DNA of 63,883 nucleotides, filler included, from Octopus bimaculoides (taxonomy: Eukaryota): assembly GCF_001194135.2 (NCBI RefSeq). It is 4 parts of 4 records of this genome, joined end to end, with 100 filler letters (N's around TTAATTAATTAA, not from the genome) between each part and the next. Parts side by side here need not be neighbours in the genome. Positions count along the whole stretch, not along the records: positions 38,461 to 52,377 come from NC_069001.1; positions 52,478 to 63,883 come from NC_068988.1; 2 more parts are not named here. One strand, given 5' to 3'. Below the pieces are notes generated by a model that worked only from the letters and a program-made list of their open reading frames with translations, made no database searches and was not told the DNA's origin. The position numbers were made by a program, and so were the translations under genes. Below, one piece after another: positions 40,105-53,679 of the stretch. Position 1 is the first letter of the stretch. Every line of letters begins with the position of its first letter.

Positions 40105-40879
40105 GCGCACGCGCGCATACTATCCCAGCCGTTAACACCACAATCAAACTCCTCACACTCTCTCCTTCAACCACATTATTTATTTATTCATTTACTAACA
40201 TTCTTCGCTTTACAATTCATCAACTGTTTTAAAAAATGGCTGTCCTTCAATCATGCAACGATTACCACACATTCATCATCATCATCATCATCATCATCAT
40301 CTCATCGTCGTCGTCATCATCATCATCATTATCGTCGTCGTCTTCTCCTTCCTGCTCTTCTTCTCCCGACCTACCACCCTACCCACCTCCCTACTTTCAA
40401 AAAGTCTCGCCCTCATCTCGAACCCACCCCGCGCCTCTCTCTCTTCTTACCGAATCTAGACAATCTACTTTTATATGAAATTAGTGGTGGGACACACAGA
40501 CACATGCATATATTGACAGAGGAGTTAATCCCACTGTTTAAAGAGCTCCGAACGCAGTCCATTGTTCTTTGTGTGAGAAATGAGACGAAAAAGCACCCGT
40601 TTGATCAGAACAGCCACCCGAATTATGACTTTCAACAAGAACTCAATCATCCCAATGTACCCGAGTGTAAATACCTTGTTGTTTCAGTATTACGTTGCTG
40701 CCTCTTCTTCTCTCTTCCCCTCCCCCTCTCTCTCTTTCCCCCCTCTCTCTCATTTCCCCTCCCCTCTCTCTCATTTCCCGTCCCCTCTCTCTCTCTTTCC
40801 CCTCTCCCATCTTTCTTTCCGTTTTATTCTGTCTTTCTCTCTCACCCATTTCTGTTCCTTCTTTCCTTCTTTCCTTCCT

Positions 40880-40922
<43 letters not shown>

Positions 40923-40957
40923 CTCTTCCTTCCTTCCTTCCTTCATTCCTTCCTTCC

Positions 40958-41008
<51 letters not shown>

Positions 41009-41651
41009 NNNNNNNNNNNNNNNNNNNNNNNNNNNNNNNNNNNNNNNNNNNNNNNNNNNNNNNNNNNNNNNNNNNNNNNNNNNNNNNNNNNNNNNNNNNN
41101 NNNNNNNNNNNNNNNNNNNNNNNNNNNNNNNNNNNNNNNNNNNNNNNNNNNNNNNNNNNNNNNNNNNNNNNNNNNNNNNNNNNNNNNNNNNNNNNNNNNN
41201 NNNNNNNNNNNNNNNNNNNNNNNNNNNNNNNNNNNNNNNNNNNNNNNNNNNNNNNNNNNNNNNNNNNNNNNNNNNNNNNNNNNNNNNNNNNNNNNNNNNN
41301 NNNNNNNNNNNNNNNNNNNNNNNNNNNNNNNNNNNNNNNNNNNNNNNNNNNNNNNNNNNNNNNNNNNNNNNNNNNNNNNNNNNNNNNNNNNNNNNNNNNN
41401 NNNNNNNNNNNNNNNNNNNNNNNNNNNNNNNNNNNNNNNNNNNNNNNNNNNNNNNNNNNNNNNNNNNNNNNNNNNNNNNNNNNNNNNNNNNNNNNNNNNN
41501 NNNNNNNNNNNNNNNNNNNNNNNNNNNNNNNNNNNNNNNNNNNNNNNNNNNNNNNNNNNNNNNNNNNNNNNNNNNNNNNNNNNNNNNNNNNNNTATATAT
41601 ATATATATATATATATATACGCACACACACACGCACACACACATACACACA

Positions 41652-41712
<61 letters not shown>

Positions 41713-41825
41713 TCGCTGTTCCGTGAATGTAAACACACCAACATCGCTTGTCAAGCGATGGTAGGAGGGGGGGAACAAACAAAGACACACAGACATATAC
41801 ATGCATACATACATACATATTTAAA

Positions 41826-42111
41826 ATTTAATAATAAGGGTAGATATTGATATTAATCAATTAAAACCAGTGGTCTAGCATATTAAAAAAATCCGAAGAT
41901 TAAAATTATATTACATACAAAAATAAGAGCAATGACTAGCAAAAGTGGAGTCCTATATGCTAGAAATAGATGACGAATCATCTAACCACGAAGAATATGT
42001 TCTCAGTAAAAATTTCAGCGACACAACAGACTGTAAAAGGACAAGACAAAAGAAAAAAATACTGTTAATATTCACATAAGTAAATATCTGCAGGATCATC
42101 AGCGTAGTCTG
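41826..42111 (+). mobile_element. Second copy of the XPD-element leader with a different downstream cargo (cut by an N gap)
   Basis: Shares taataagggta...aattaaaaccagtggtctagca...tattacatac...atgac...aagtgga...gctagaaataga...accacgaag with the reverse complement of 38764-38945, then diverges at ~41994. Confidence 0.7.
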
Positions 42112-43931
42112 NNNNNNNNNNTGTTATGTGTGCGTGTGTTTGTTTGTCTGTTCTATTTTATCTGCTAGACCTCCCTCCTTATGTCCTTCCCACACAAATC
42201 TGTGGCCTTGTTCTAATTTAAGGAAATCCATAATTGTTCCTGTTCACTTTTCTCTAATGTCTCAAAACGATATAAAAAAAGAAGAAACCAAAACGAAAAC
42301 CAAACCTCTCCCCCAACCGTCACCCCCCAGAAAATAAACCGGCAAAAAACAACCCAACAAAACAAAAATACAATAATTCTACATTCATACATCATAATTC
42401 TTGCCTAAATCATTTTCAGTAGGTATGTGATGTGGTGATGGTGGTGGAGGTGATGGTGACGGTGGTAATGGTGATAATGTTGGTGAGGTGGTGGTGGTGG
42501 TGACGGTGAAGGGATGATGAGTAATGTTCGGTGAGATGTAGGGGTGGGGGAATTATACCTATTTTTATGCATTTCTTATATTTTATATATATATATTATA
42601 TTTATTATATTTACCTACATTATTAATGTACATAATCTCCCTCCTCCTCAATCTCCCCATTTCCTCTCAGATATCTCCACTCATATAAGTCTGTGATGGT
42701 GGTGGTGGTGGTGGTGGTNNNNNNNNNNNNNNNNNNNNNNNNNNNNNNNNNNNNNNNNNNNNNNNNNNNNNNNNNNNNNNNNNNNNNNNNNNNNNNNNNN
42801 NNNNNNNNNNNNNNNNNNNNNNNNNNNNNNNNNNNNNNNNNNNNNNNNNNNNNNNNNNNNNNNNNNNNNNNNNNNNNNNNNNNNNNNNNNNNNNNNNNNN
42901 NNNNNNNNNNNNNNNNNNNNNNNNNNNNNNNNNNNNNNNNNNNNNNNNNNNNNNNNNNNNNNNNNNNNNNNNNNNNNNNNNNNNNNNNNNNNNNNNNNNN
43001 NNNNNNNNNNNNNNNNNNNNNNNNNNNNNNNNNNNNNNNNNNNNNNNNNNNNNNNNNNNNNNNNNNNNNNNNNNNNNNNNNNNNNNNNNNNNNNNNNNNN
43101 NNNNNNNNNNNNNNNNNNNNNNNNNNNNNNNNNNNNNNNNNNNNNNNNNNNNNNNNNNNNNNNNNNNNNNNNNNNNNNNNNNNNNNNNNNNNNNNNNNNN
43201 NNNNNNNNNNNNNNNNNNNNNNNNNNNNNNNNNNNNNNNNNNNNNNNNNNNNNNNNNNNNNNNNNNNNNNNNNNNNNNNNNNNNNNNNNNNNNNNNNNNN
43301 NNNNNNNNNNNNNNNNNNNNNNNNNNNNNNNNNNNNNNNNNNNNNNNNNNNNNNNNNNNNNNNNNNNNNNNNNNNNNNNNNNNNNNNNNNNNNNNNNNNN
43401 NNNNNNNNNNNNNNNNNNNNNNNNNNNNNNNNNNNNNNNNNNNNNNNNNNNNNNNNNNNNNNNNNNNNNNNNNNNNNNNNNNNNNNNNNNNNNNNNNNNN
43501 NNNNNNNNNNNNNNNNNNNNNNNNNNNNNNNNNNNNNNNNNNNNNNNNNNNNNNNNNNNNNNNNNTTCTTATTCTTCTTCTTCTTCTTCTTCTTCTTCTT
43601 CTTCTTCTTCCTCCTCCCATTCTTCTTCTTCTTCTTCTTCTTCTTCTTCTTCTTCTTCTATCTCCATTTCTTCTTTGGTTTCACCTTCTTCTTTCTTCGT
43701 TTCCTCGTCCTCTTCTCGCCCCCCCCCAAACACACAAGCATATCCACGACCCCGCACTGCTTCTCCATTAATACTTTTAAAAGCAGTTCTTGAAGGAATA
43801 ATACGACAACCAGTTTTGTAATAGGCAGTTAAGCTCTTCTACACACACTTTCACATTTGCCTACCACCCCTGAGCTACATTTATGTCTTTGTGTATATTT
43901 ATTCGATAAATAACTATACCCATATGTAATA

Positions 43932-44120
43932 TATTGTCCGGAAAGTTTGTACCGATTTATAGTTGCTTACCTTTCGACTTATTTGCCATGAAACCACCTC
44001 AATTCTGGGAAGAGATTATTTTCAAGATGGAGACGCATTGTGCAACAAAATGGTTCATATTTGGTTGATTAAATATGTAATTGCAAGTATTTATTGACCT
44101 TTTTCTTTCCGGACTTTTAA
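43932..44120. mobile_element. mariner-type MITE
   Basis: gtccggaaag / ctttccggac subterminal inverted repeats, resembling mariner TIRs. Confidence 0.6.
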
Positions 44121-44269
44121 GTCATGGCAGGTCAGCCTTGGAAAATCTTGTTTCTTGAGATTATCTCCTCCTTTTTAAATGGCACTGGTCTTAGTTGATA
44201 TTTGGTCATTGTGTCACGCCATCTAGAGGAGGAGATAATTTTATGGGTACAAGATCTGAAATATTGAGC

Positions 44270-44444
44270 AGAGCGGATAGTCAATTACGTCGATCCCAGT
44301 TCTTGATTAGTACTTATTTTATCGACCCCCACCATAGGTTAAAAGGTGAAGATCTCGGTGGACAATGAACTCAGAGCGGAAAAATGAACGAAATGTCGAT
44401 AAGCAATTTTCCTGCTGGCATAACGATTGTACCAACTCGCGCCT
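44270..44444 (-). mobile_element. SINE family B copy (old)
   Basis: gtcgatcccagt...agtacttattttatcgacccc...gaactcagagcg...aacgattgtaccaactcgc. Confidence 0.65.
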
Positions 44445-44750
44445 TTATAATTTTAATACAACAAGAATTTAAATTGAACGCTATTTGACATATCTGCGTG
44501 TCTATGTTGTAAAATGTATGCCTCTGGCCACTCTCAGTTTTCTTAGGTCATTTTTGTTTTACTTATACAAACACACATACATACATACATGCATACATGC
44601 ACAATACATATTATATATACATACAAAATAACCAATAAATAATAAATAAACTATGAATTTATATTTTATGGTATTTGATATACCTCTATTTGTCTGTTAC
44701 TGGCAACCTGAGACCTCTTAGCTAATTTTTGTTTAAATTATGCATGTCTG

Positions 44751-44805
<55 letters not shown>

Positions 44806-44923
44806 GTCTGTCTGTCTGTCTATCTGTTTGTCTATCTATTTATCTATCTATCTATCCTTGAGTCTCTCTAACAAATCTCTTTAAACAAACACAACACAAT
44901 GTTTCGGCAAAACTACAGCATTT

Positions 44924-44962
<39 letters not shown>

Positions 44963-45109
44963 ATGTGTGTGTATGTATATGTATGCATCAAGAAAAAGGA
45001 GGTAGTCAAAATTTATCCAAAATTATAACTCCTTTTTCGTAATATATATATTAAATCTGANNNNNNNNNNNNNNNNNNNNNNNNNNNNNNNNNNNNNNNN
45101 NNNNNNNNN

Positions 45110-45168
<59 letters not shown>

Positions 45169-45689
45169 AATATAACATATACATTTATATGTATATCGAT
45201 AGATAGATCGACAGCCAGACAGATAGACAGACAGACAGATACATTCATACATACATACATACATACATACATACATACATACATACATACATACATACAT
45301 GCATGCATACCTATTTGGCTCGTGCCGTTAGTGAAATCTCATGCTAAGCAATAGGCATTACTTAAGTAAACTGGCAACAAAAGACCTTATCACGATGAGA
45401 ACAATACGCAGCAGATCTGCTATGTTTGTTTTTCCTTACAACATTGACTAAATTATCTCAAACACAATATCCAGATCTTATCCACATATACACTTTGACA
45501 ACATAACACAAAACATTAAGTATGAAACAAAAGTGTCTGTTTTCTTATAACCGCAGTCACACAACAACATGACAAATTTATCCTGTTGTACCACGTGGTT
45601 TAGAATATTCTCATTATTTTTGTATCACTGTGCTCTCTTCGTGTCCTTTTTGTTAAAAGCGTTGGCAGATCATTTTTGTGAAGGCCCTT

Positions 45690-46545
45690 GGACTAGTGGT
45701 TTCGGTTCCCGGAGCGGGTGGTGGAGTGTGTTCTTAAAGCAGGCGGTGCATTGATTTCAAAACACTTCATTTCACGTTGCTCCATTCCACTCAGCGACAA
45801 ATGAGTAACTATGCAACGGGCTGGGGTTCCGTGCTGGGGTAATGTTGTGATCTCGGTCACTTTCATGCCAAGGAAATCGGGTTTAACTCCGGCTCGATGA
45901 GACCTACGACTCAAGAGAGAAATGCCCAAGGGGTGAAACGCATGGCCTAGAGGCTAGAGTGTTGCACACACGACTGTACGATCGCGATTTTGGATACCGG
46001 ACCTGGAAGTAAATTGTGTTTTTGACCAAAACATCTCATTTCACGTTGCTCCGGCAGTAAACGAGTAACCCTGCGACAGGCTGGCGTCTTAATAATCATG
46101 GTTTCGATTCCCAGAGCGAGCGGTGCACTACGTTATTAAGCAAAACACTCCATTTCACATTGACCGAAACCACTCAGTTGTAAAATGAGTAATCCCGGAA
46201 AGAACTGGCGGGATATGTGACTCGGTCATTTATATGACAAGGAAAGGGAGTTCATGTCTGACACCCAATGAGCCCTAGGACTGAAGACATTAATGCCTAA
46301 AGGTTGCGGTGCATGACTTAGCGGTTAGAACGTTGCACTCACTATCGCAAGATCGTGATTTCGGTTCCCGGACCAGGAGGTGAATTGAGATCTTAATCAA
46401 AACACCTCATTTTACGTTGCTCTAGCTGTAAATGAGTAACCCTGCAAAAGACTCGTGTCCCGTTCAGGACAGGTGTTGTGATCTTAGTCACTTATATGAC
46501 ATAGAAACCGGATAACCAGCCCTAAGAGTCTTAGGACTAGAAGAA
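45690..46545 (+). repeat. Tandem array of four tRNA-SINE units
   Basis: Core aaaacac..catttcacgttgctc...aatgagtaac starts at ~45759, 46028, 46142 and 46399. Pol III box-like motifs at 45698, 45943, 46100 and ~46312-46370. Confidence 0.8.
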
Positions 46546-47206
46546 AAACGCTACTTTTACTTTATCACGCAACCTCTCTATTGTTATGTTCGAGACATCG
46601 TTTCTGTTCAATTGTAAATGTAAATAATTTTTGATCAAAATCCTGAAGATCTTCATTATGTGATTCAGGAAAAAAATTTTAATAGATTCAATGTATCTAT
46701 TTCAAAAAAGAAAATTCTAATTCAAATTTGGAATACAATTAATAATTTAGATATTTGTACTTTTATGTGAGAGTGAATTTACGTAATCAATTTTCAATAC
46801 AAACAGTACATTGTGTCAATGACCTGACCACAGAAGTGCAACGAATATTTTTGACATTTCATTACATACTCTATTCTAATGAACCAAATGAAAGTAATTA
46901 TTTTTTTGTCGATATGTATCTGAACGTGTATTTGTGCATATATATGTTTATGTATGTATATCTGTGTATGTGTGAGAATGTTTGTGCGTGCGTGCGTATG
47001 TGCGTGTGTACGTATGCATGTAACTATATGCGTATATATAGCTATTATACATATACATATATATACGTATACAGTTATATATACATATATATATTTATTT
47101 ATATATATATTTGTATATGTATGTATGTATATATATTTGTATATACATGTATACTTATATTATATATATATGTATATATATATATGTATGTGTATATATA
47201 TATGTT

Positions 47207-47249
<43 letters not shown>

Positions 47250-47352
47250 TCAAACACATACATATATTTGTATTATGATGCATATCTTGTGTGTATATAC
47301 ATACTCGTATACAAATATTATAAATATGACATAAGTACTTGAGTATATTTAT

Positions 47353-47398
<46 letters not shown>

Positions 47399-47784
47399 GT
47401 GTGAGAACAACAGCTTTACATAGGAAGCCTGTCTAGATATGGCCCTCACGCTGTGCCATTCTACTTACAGCTGTGCCTCAACATGTTTCATATCTTTGCT
47501 CCGTCTATCGTGGGACTGTCTGTGGAATTGGTATTCTTATAATTCTAGCAGGCACAAACACGTGAGAGAGTGCTACACACATTCTCGCCCCCCTCACACA
47601 CATATTCACATACATACACACGCACACGCACATACATTTGCATACATTCTCATACATTCACTTAAAATCACATACACACATACACGCATTCACGCATACA
47701 AACAAATACGCACCCTCACAAACATGCACAGACACATATATCTACACATACCCATATGCATAAAAATATGGCGTACATTCAACG

Positions 47785-47857
<73 letters not shown>

Positions 47858-48325
47858 ACACACACACACACACACTCACATACACACACACAAACATATA
47901 GCTATAAGATTTCACGATCCACATCTCTCTCCATGTTGCACGTATACGCACATCTACACACTTATATACACATGTATGCACATATCTACGCATGTACATA
48001 CATATACTTACATGTACGCATAATTGTCATTGGGTATATTATTTTCACACATACATACCACACACGTATTTAGACACATATACATATACGTATACACGGA
48101 TGAGACGAAGATTGAACACACAAACATCCATTTATACAAATATATATAGACATACACATACACAAAGTACATATCTTGAAAATCTTGTTGAACGTTCGGA
48201 AGAAGTTGTAAACAACAACGGTGAATACATTATTGGTTAATTACGTGTTATTTTTTGATTATTAAACTTTTTAAAAGTTTTAATTTAAAAAAGCCCAATA
48301 TATATGGGGGGTGGTGGTTGGGTGT

Positions 48326-48546
48326 TTGCGTTTGTCCACCATGACCGCTTGACAATCGCTGTTGGGGTGTTTACTTCCCCATAACTTACCGGTTCAGCAA
48401 AAGTGACCGATAGGATGAGTATCAGGCTTGAAAAATAAGTGACATACTGGGGTCGATTCGTTCGACTAAAACTCAAGGGTATGCCCCCCCCCCTACATGG
48501 TCGCAGTCTGATAACTGAAACAAGCAAAACATCAAAGATAAAAGCA
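48326..48546 (+). mobile_element. SINE family A 3' half
   Basis: cgcttgacaatcg...gtcgattcgttcgactaaaa...ctgaaacaagc matches the family A tail. Confidence 0.75.
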
Positions 48547-49486
48547 AAGCATGCATATATNNNNNNNNNNNNNNNNNNNNNNNNNNNNNNNNNNNNNNNN
48601 NNNNNNNNNNNNNNNNNNNNNNNNNNNNNNNNNNNNNNNNNNNNNNNNNNNNNNNNNNNNNNNNNNNNNNNNNNNNNNNNNNNNNNNNNNNNNNNNNNNN
48701 NNNNNNNNNNNNNNNNNNNNNNNNNNNNNNNNNNNNNNNNNNNNNNNNNNNNNNNNNNNNNNNNNNNNNNNNNNNNNNNNNNNNNNNNNNNNNNNNNNNN
48801 NNNNNNNNNNNNNNNNNNNNNNNNNNNNNNNNNNNNNNNNNNNNNNNNNNNNNNNNNNNNNNNNNNNNNNNNNNNNNNNNNNNNNNNNNNNNNNNNNNNN
48901 NNNNNNNNNNNNNNNNNNNNNNNNNNNNNNNNNNNNNNNNNNNNNNNNNNNNNNNNNNNNNNNNNNNNNNNNNNNNNNNNNNNNNNNNNNNNNNNNNNNN
49001 NNNNNNNNNNNNNNNNNNNNNNNNNNNNNNNNNNNNNNNNNNNNNNNNNNNNNNNNNNNNNNNNNNNNNNNNNNNNNNNNNNNNNNNNNNNNNNNNNNNN
49101 NNNNNNNNNNNNNNNNNNNNNNNNNNNNNNNNNNNNNNNNNNNNNNNNNNNNNNNNNNNNNNNNNNNNNNNNNNNNNNNNNNNNNNNNNNNNNNNNNNNN
49201 NNNNNNNNNNNNNNNNNNNNNNNNNNNNNNNNNNNNNNNNNNNNNNNNNNNNNNNNNNNNNNNNNNNNNNNNNNNNNNNNNNNNNNNNNNNNNNNNNNNN
49301 NNNNNNNNNNNNNNNNNNNNNNNNNNNNNNNNNNNNNNNNNNNNNNNNNNNNNNNNNNNNNNNNNNNNNNNNNNNNNNNNNNNNNNNNNNNNNNNNNNNN
49401 NNNNNNNNNNNNNNNAATATGAATAATATATAGATATATGCATGTATCCATACATATATGTACATATATATATATGTATATATATA

Positions 49487-49547
<61 letters not shown>

Positions 49548-50460
49548 ACACACATACACACACATATATATAAATAATCATTGATATGTGTATGTATATG
49601 TGCATATATATATACATTTGTAGACACACACACACACACACGCACGTATACACACGCGCATGTATATGTGTCAGCATGTATATATGTATCTAGTTTTTAT
49701 GACAAGTTTTTGTCTGTGCACTCATATTTAGAGACACATAACATATCACACTTTTCCATAAAATGGTACAGTGCCATGACCGAATTTTCCACGACTACAT
49801 ATATATATNNNNNNNNNNNNTATATATATATATATATATATTGCGTTGACAATTGTTCCTCTGCAAATTTAAAAGTACTTCAGGTTAAACTAATGACCTC
49901 TGTTAGTTTATAGCACGTCGTCGGCGGTTTCGTATAATATCATGCGTAACTGAAGGTGCTAATTGCACTGTTAATTAAAGACGATCACAAATGTTACTTA
50001 AATTGGTATTCAAGTGTATTTATAGTGATATGTCTTCTATATCCTTGGTAGGGATATATACTATCATATGTTACTTTTTAAACGTGAGTGTGCATGTGAC
50101 GGTGAGTGTGTTTATAGGTATATATGCTTTTATATATATATATAACATCTACTAAAATACACATACTATATATGGCATTTTATGCTATATAAAACATACA
50201 CGCCTTTCAATAAACTATTGCTAGGATTACATAATTGCTTGCGGAAACATTTTATAATCGTGCTAAATTAACTCTTCAGTGTTTAGCGAAAACTACAAAG
50301 AATGGTGTTAAATGCTTACTGTATATTCCTGAACACATTTATATTCTCTAATACCCTTTCGCTTCTTGTTTCTTCCATCTGTCTGTCTGTCTGTCTGTGT
50401 CTCTCCCTCTCGCTCTCTATCTCTCTCCGTCTATCTATCTCTATCTCTCTCTGTATATAC

Positions 50461-50838
50461 AGGCGTGGCTGTGTGGTAAGAAGTTTTCTACTCAGTCGCA
50501 TGATTCGGTCTCACTGCATGGCACCTTGGGCAGGTGTCTTCTACTATAGCCTTGGGCCAACCAAAGCCTTGTGAGAGATTTGGTAGACAGAAACTGAAAG
50601 AAGCCCGCCGTTGTATACGTGTTTGTGTGTGTGTGTATGTTTCTTTGTGTTTCTCTTTATTCGCACAAATGCTTGACAACCGGTGTTGGTAGCGTTTACG
50701 TTCCCCTAACTTAGAGGTTCAGTAAAAGAGACCACTAAAATATGTACCAGGGTAAGACAAATGTACTATATCCTATTCGCTCGACAGAAATTCTTCGACG
50801 CAATTCCCCAGAAGTCTGATAACTGAAAGAATTAAAAG
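50461..50838 (+). mobile_element. SINE family A copy
   Basis: Collinear with 519-974 from aggcgtggctgtgtggtaag to ctgaaagaattaaaag. Confidence 0.85.
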
Positions 50839-50871
<33 letters not shown>

Positions 50872-51791
50872 CTAATACTACATCTCCNNNNNNNNNNNNN
50901 NNNNNNNNNNNNNNNNNNNNNNNNNNNNNNNNNNNNNNNNNNNNNNNNNNNNNNNNNNNNNNNNNNNNNNNNNNNNNNNNNNNNNNNNNNNNNNNNNNNN
51001 NNNNNNNNNNNNNNNNNNNNNNNNNNNNNNNNNNNNNNNNNNNNNNNNNNNNNNNNNNNNNNNNNNNNNNNNNNNNNNNNNNNNNNNNNNNNNNNNNNNN
51101 NNNNNNNNNNNNNNNNNNNNNNNNNNNNNNNNNNNNNNNNNNNNNNNNNNNNNNNNNNNNNNNNNNNNNNNNNNNNNNNNNNNNNNNNNNNNNNNNNNNN
51201 NNNNNNNNNNNNNNNNNNNNNNNNNNNNNNNNNNNNNNNNNNNNNNNNNNNNNNNNNNNNNNNNNNNNNNNNNNNNNNNNNNNNNNNNNNNNNNNNNNNN
51301 NNNNNNNNNNNNNNNNNNNNNNNNNNNNNNNNNNNNNNNNNNNNNNNNNNNNNNNNNNNNNNNNNNNNNNNNNNNNNNNNNNNNNNNNNNNNNNNNNNNN
51401 NNNNNNNNNNNNNNNNNNNNNNNNNNNNNNNNNNNNNNNNNNNNNNNNNNNNNNNNNNNNNNNNNNNNNNNNNNNNNNNNNNNNNNNNNNNNNNNNNNNN
51501 NNNNNNNNNNNNNNNNNNNNNNNNNNNNNNNNNNNNNNNNNNNNNNNNNNNNNNNNNNNNNNNNNNNNNNNNNNNNNNNNNNNNNNNNNNNNNNNNNNNN
51601 NNNNNNNNNNNNNNNNNNNNNNNNNNNNNNNNNNNNNNNNNNNNNNNNNNNNNNNNNNNNNNNNNNNNNNNNNNNNNNNNNNNNNNNNNNNNNNNNNNNN
51701 NNNNNNNNNNNNNNNNNNNNNNNNNNNNNNNNNNNNNNNNNNNNNNNNNNNNNNNNNNNNNNNNNNNNNNNNNNNNNNNNNNNNNNNNNNN

Positions 51792-51833
<42 letters not shown>

Positions 51834-52477
51834 CAGAGAGAGAGAGAGAGGAGAGAGAGAGTGAGAGAGGGACGAAGTGTGCTTTAGTATGGGAACTAAA
51901 GAAATGATGATTAAAAATCCATTGAAGTACAAAACTATTGATTTCTGGTGTCGAACTTTCGCATATATTGTTTTTGTTTCTTAAAGAAAGGAGGGTGTAT
52001 GGCTACACTACATATACATACAGCTATGCCCATAAACGCAAAGAAATCTTCACACACACACACACATATACCACACACGTATGTATACAGTGTATTTTAT
52101 CACACACACTATTGTCAATGTCTCATGACGGTCGCCTACAAACTATACCAAAGTTTCTTTCTTAGCTAAATAACTTGTCGGAGAAGACACGCACACACAA
52201 AGAGAAGCATACGTGTACATACACACATACATGCTTACATACATACACAAATACATGCTTACATACATACATACTACATGCACACACACACAGAGGCATA
52301 CATGCACATACATACAGACAGACAGACATAATACGTACATAATACATATATACATACAGAATACATACATTACATACNNNNNNNNNNNNNNNNNNNNNNN
52401 NNNNNNNNNNNNNNNNNNNNNTTAATTAATTAANNNNNNNNNNNNNNNNNNNNNNNNNNNNNNNNNNNNNNNNNNNN

Positions 52478-52585
52478 ACTTGGCTTTTCATCCTTTCAGG
52501 GTCGATAAATTAAGTACCAGTTGCGATCTATTCGACTGGCTCTCTCCCCCAAAATTTCGGGCCTTGTGCCTAGAGTAGGAAAAAA
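52478..52585 (+). mobile_element. SINE family B 3' part
   Basis: gtcgataaattaagtaccagttgcg...ccccaaaatttcgggccttgtgcctagagtag. Confidence 0.8.
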
Positions 52586-52713
52586 TATATATGTGTGTGT
52601 GTGTGTGTATGCAAATATGTGTATGTCTAAAGGTTGAAATGCATATACATTGTAATGAACGATATGCAAAGTATTCAAATATAATGACACTAAGTGCAAT
52701 AGGTGCAATAGGT

Positions 52714-53074
52714 GCAGGAGTGGCTGTTTGGTATGTAGCTTGCTTCTCAGCCACATGGTTCCGGGTTCAGTCCCACTACGTGGTACCTTGGGTAAGTGTC
52801 TTCTACTATAGCCTCGGGCCGACAGAAGCCTTGTGAATGGATTTGGTAGACTGAAAGAAGCCGGTCGTATATATATTTATTTGTGTTTGTGCGTCTGTGT
52901 TTGGCCTCCTACCATCGCTTGACAACTGATGTTGGCGTGTCAACGTCCCCCGTAACTTAGCGGTTTGGCAAAAGTGTCCGACAGATTAAGTACTGGGCAT
53001 ACGAAGAATAAGTCCTGGCGGTGCTCCAGCATGGCCGTAGAACACATGCCTGAAACAAGTAAAGAATAAAAAGA
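52714..53074 (+). mobile_element. SINE family A copy
   Basis: Collinear with 519-974, with a small deletion in the 3' part. Confidence 0.85.
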
Positions 53075-53355
53075 AATTAGAGAATTTAGCGATGTGGAAT
53101 TCAGTTTGGGTTGGGGGTTGATGGATGTGTTTCCGGGATCAAATCTCGGCCGAAGTTCAACCGAGGTTGCGCTGTTCACGGAATTTGGAGTAGAAAAGAT
53201 TGCTGTATACACACATACAAAACATACACAGAAAAAGACATATATGTGAATAAGTATGTACGTGTGTGTGTGTATGTGTGTGTGTATGTGTGTGTGTGTG
53301 TGTGTGCATGCCTGTGTGTATATGTACTTTGCATGTTCTTATATATATATATGTA

Positions 53356-53396
<41 letters not shown>

Positions 53397-53638
53397 GTAT
53401 ATATGTGTGTACNNNNNNNNNNNNNNNNNNNNNNNNNNNNNNNNNNNNNNNNNNNNNNNNNNNNNNNNNNNNNNNNNNNNNNNNNNNNNNNNNNNNNNNN
53501 NNNNNNNNNNNNNNNNNNNNNNNNNNNNNNNNNNNNNNNNNNNNNNNNNNNNNNNNNNNNNNNNNNNNNNNNNNNNNNNNNNNNNNNNNNNNNNNNNNNN
53601 NNNNNNNNNNNNNNNNNNNNNTTATATATATATATGTA

Positions 53639-53679
<41 letters not shown>

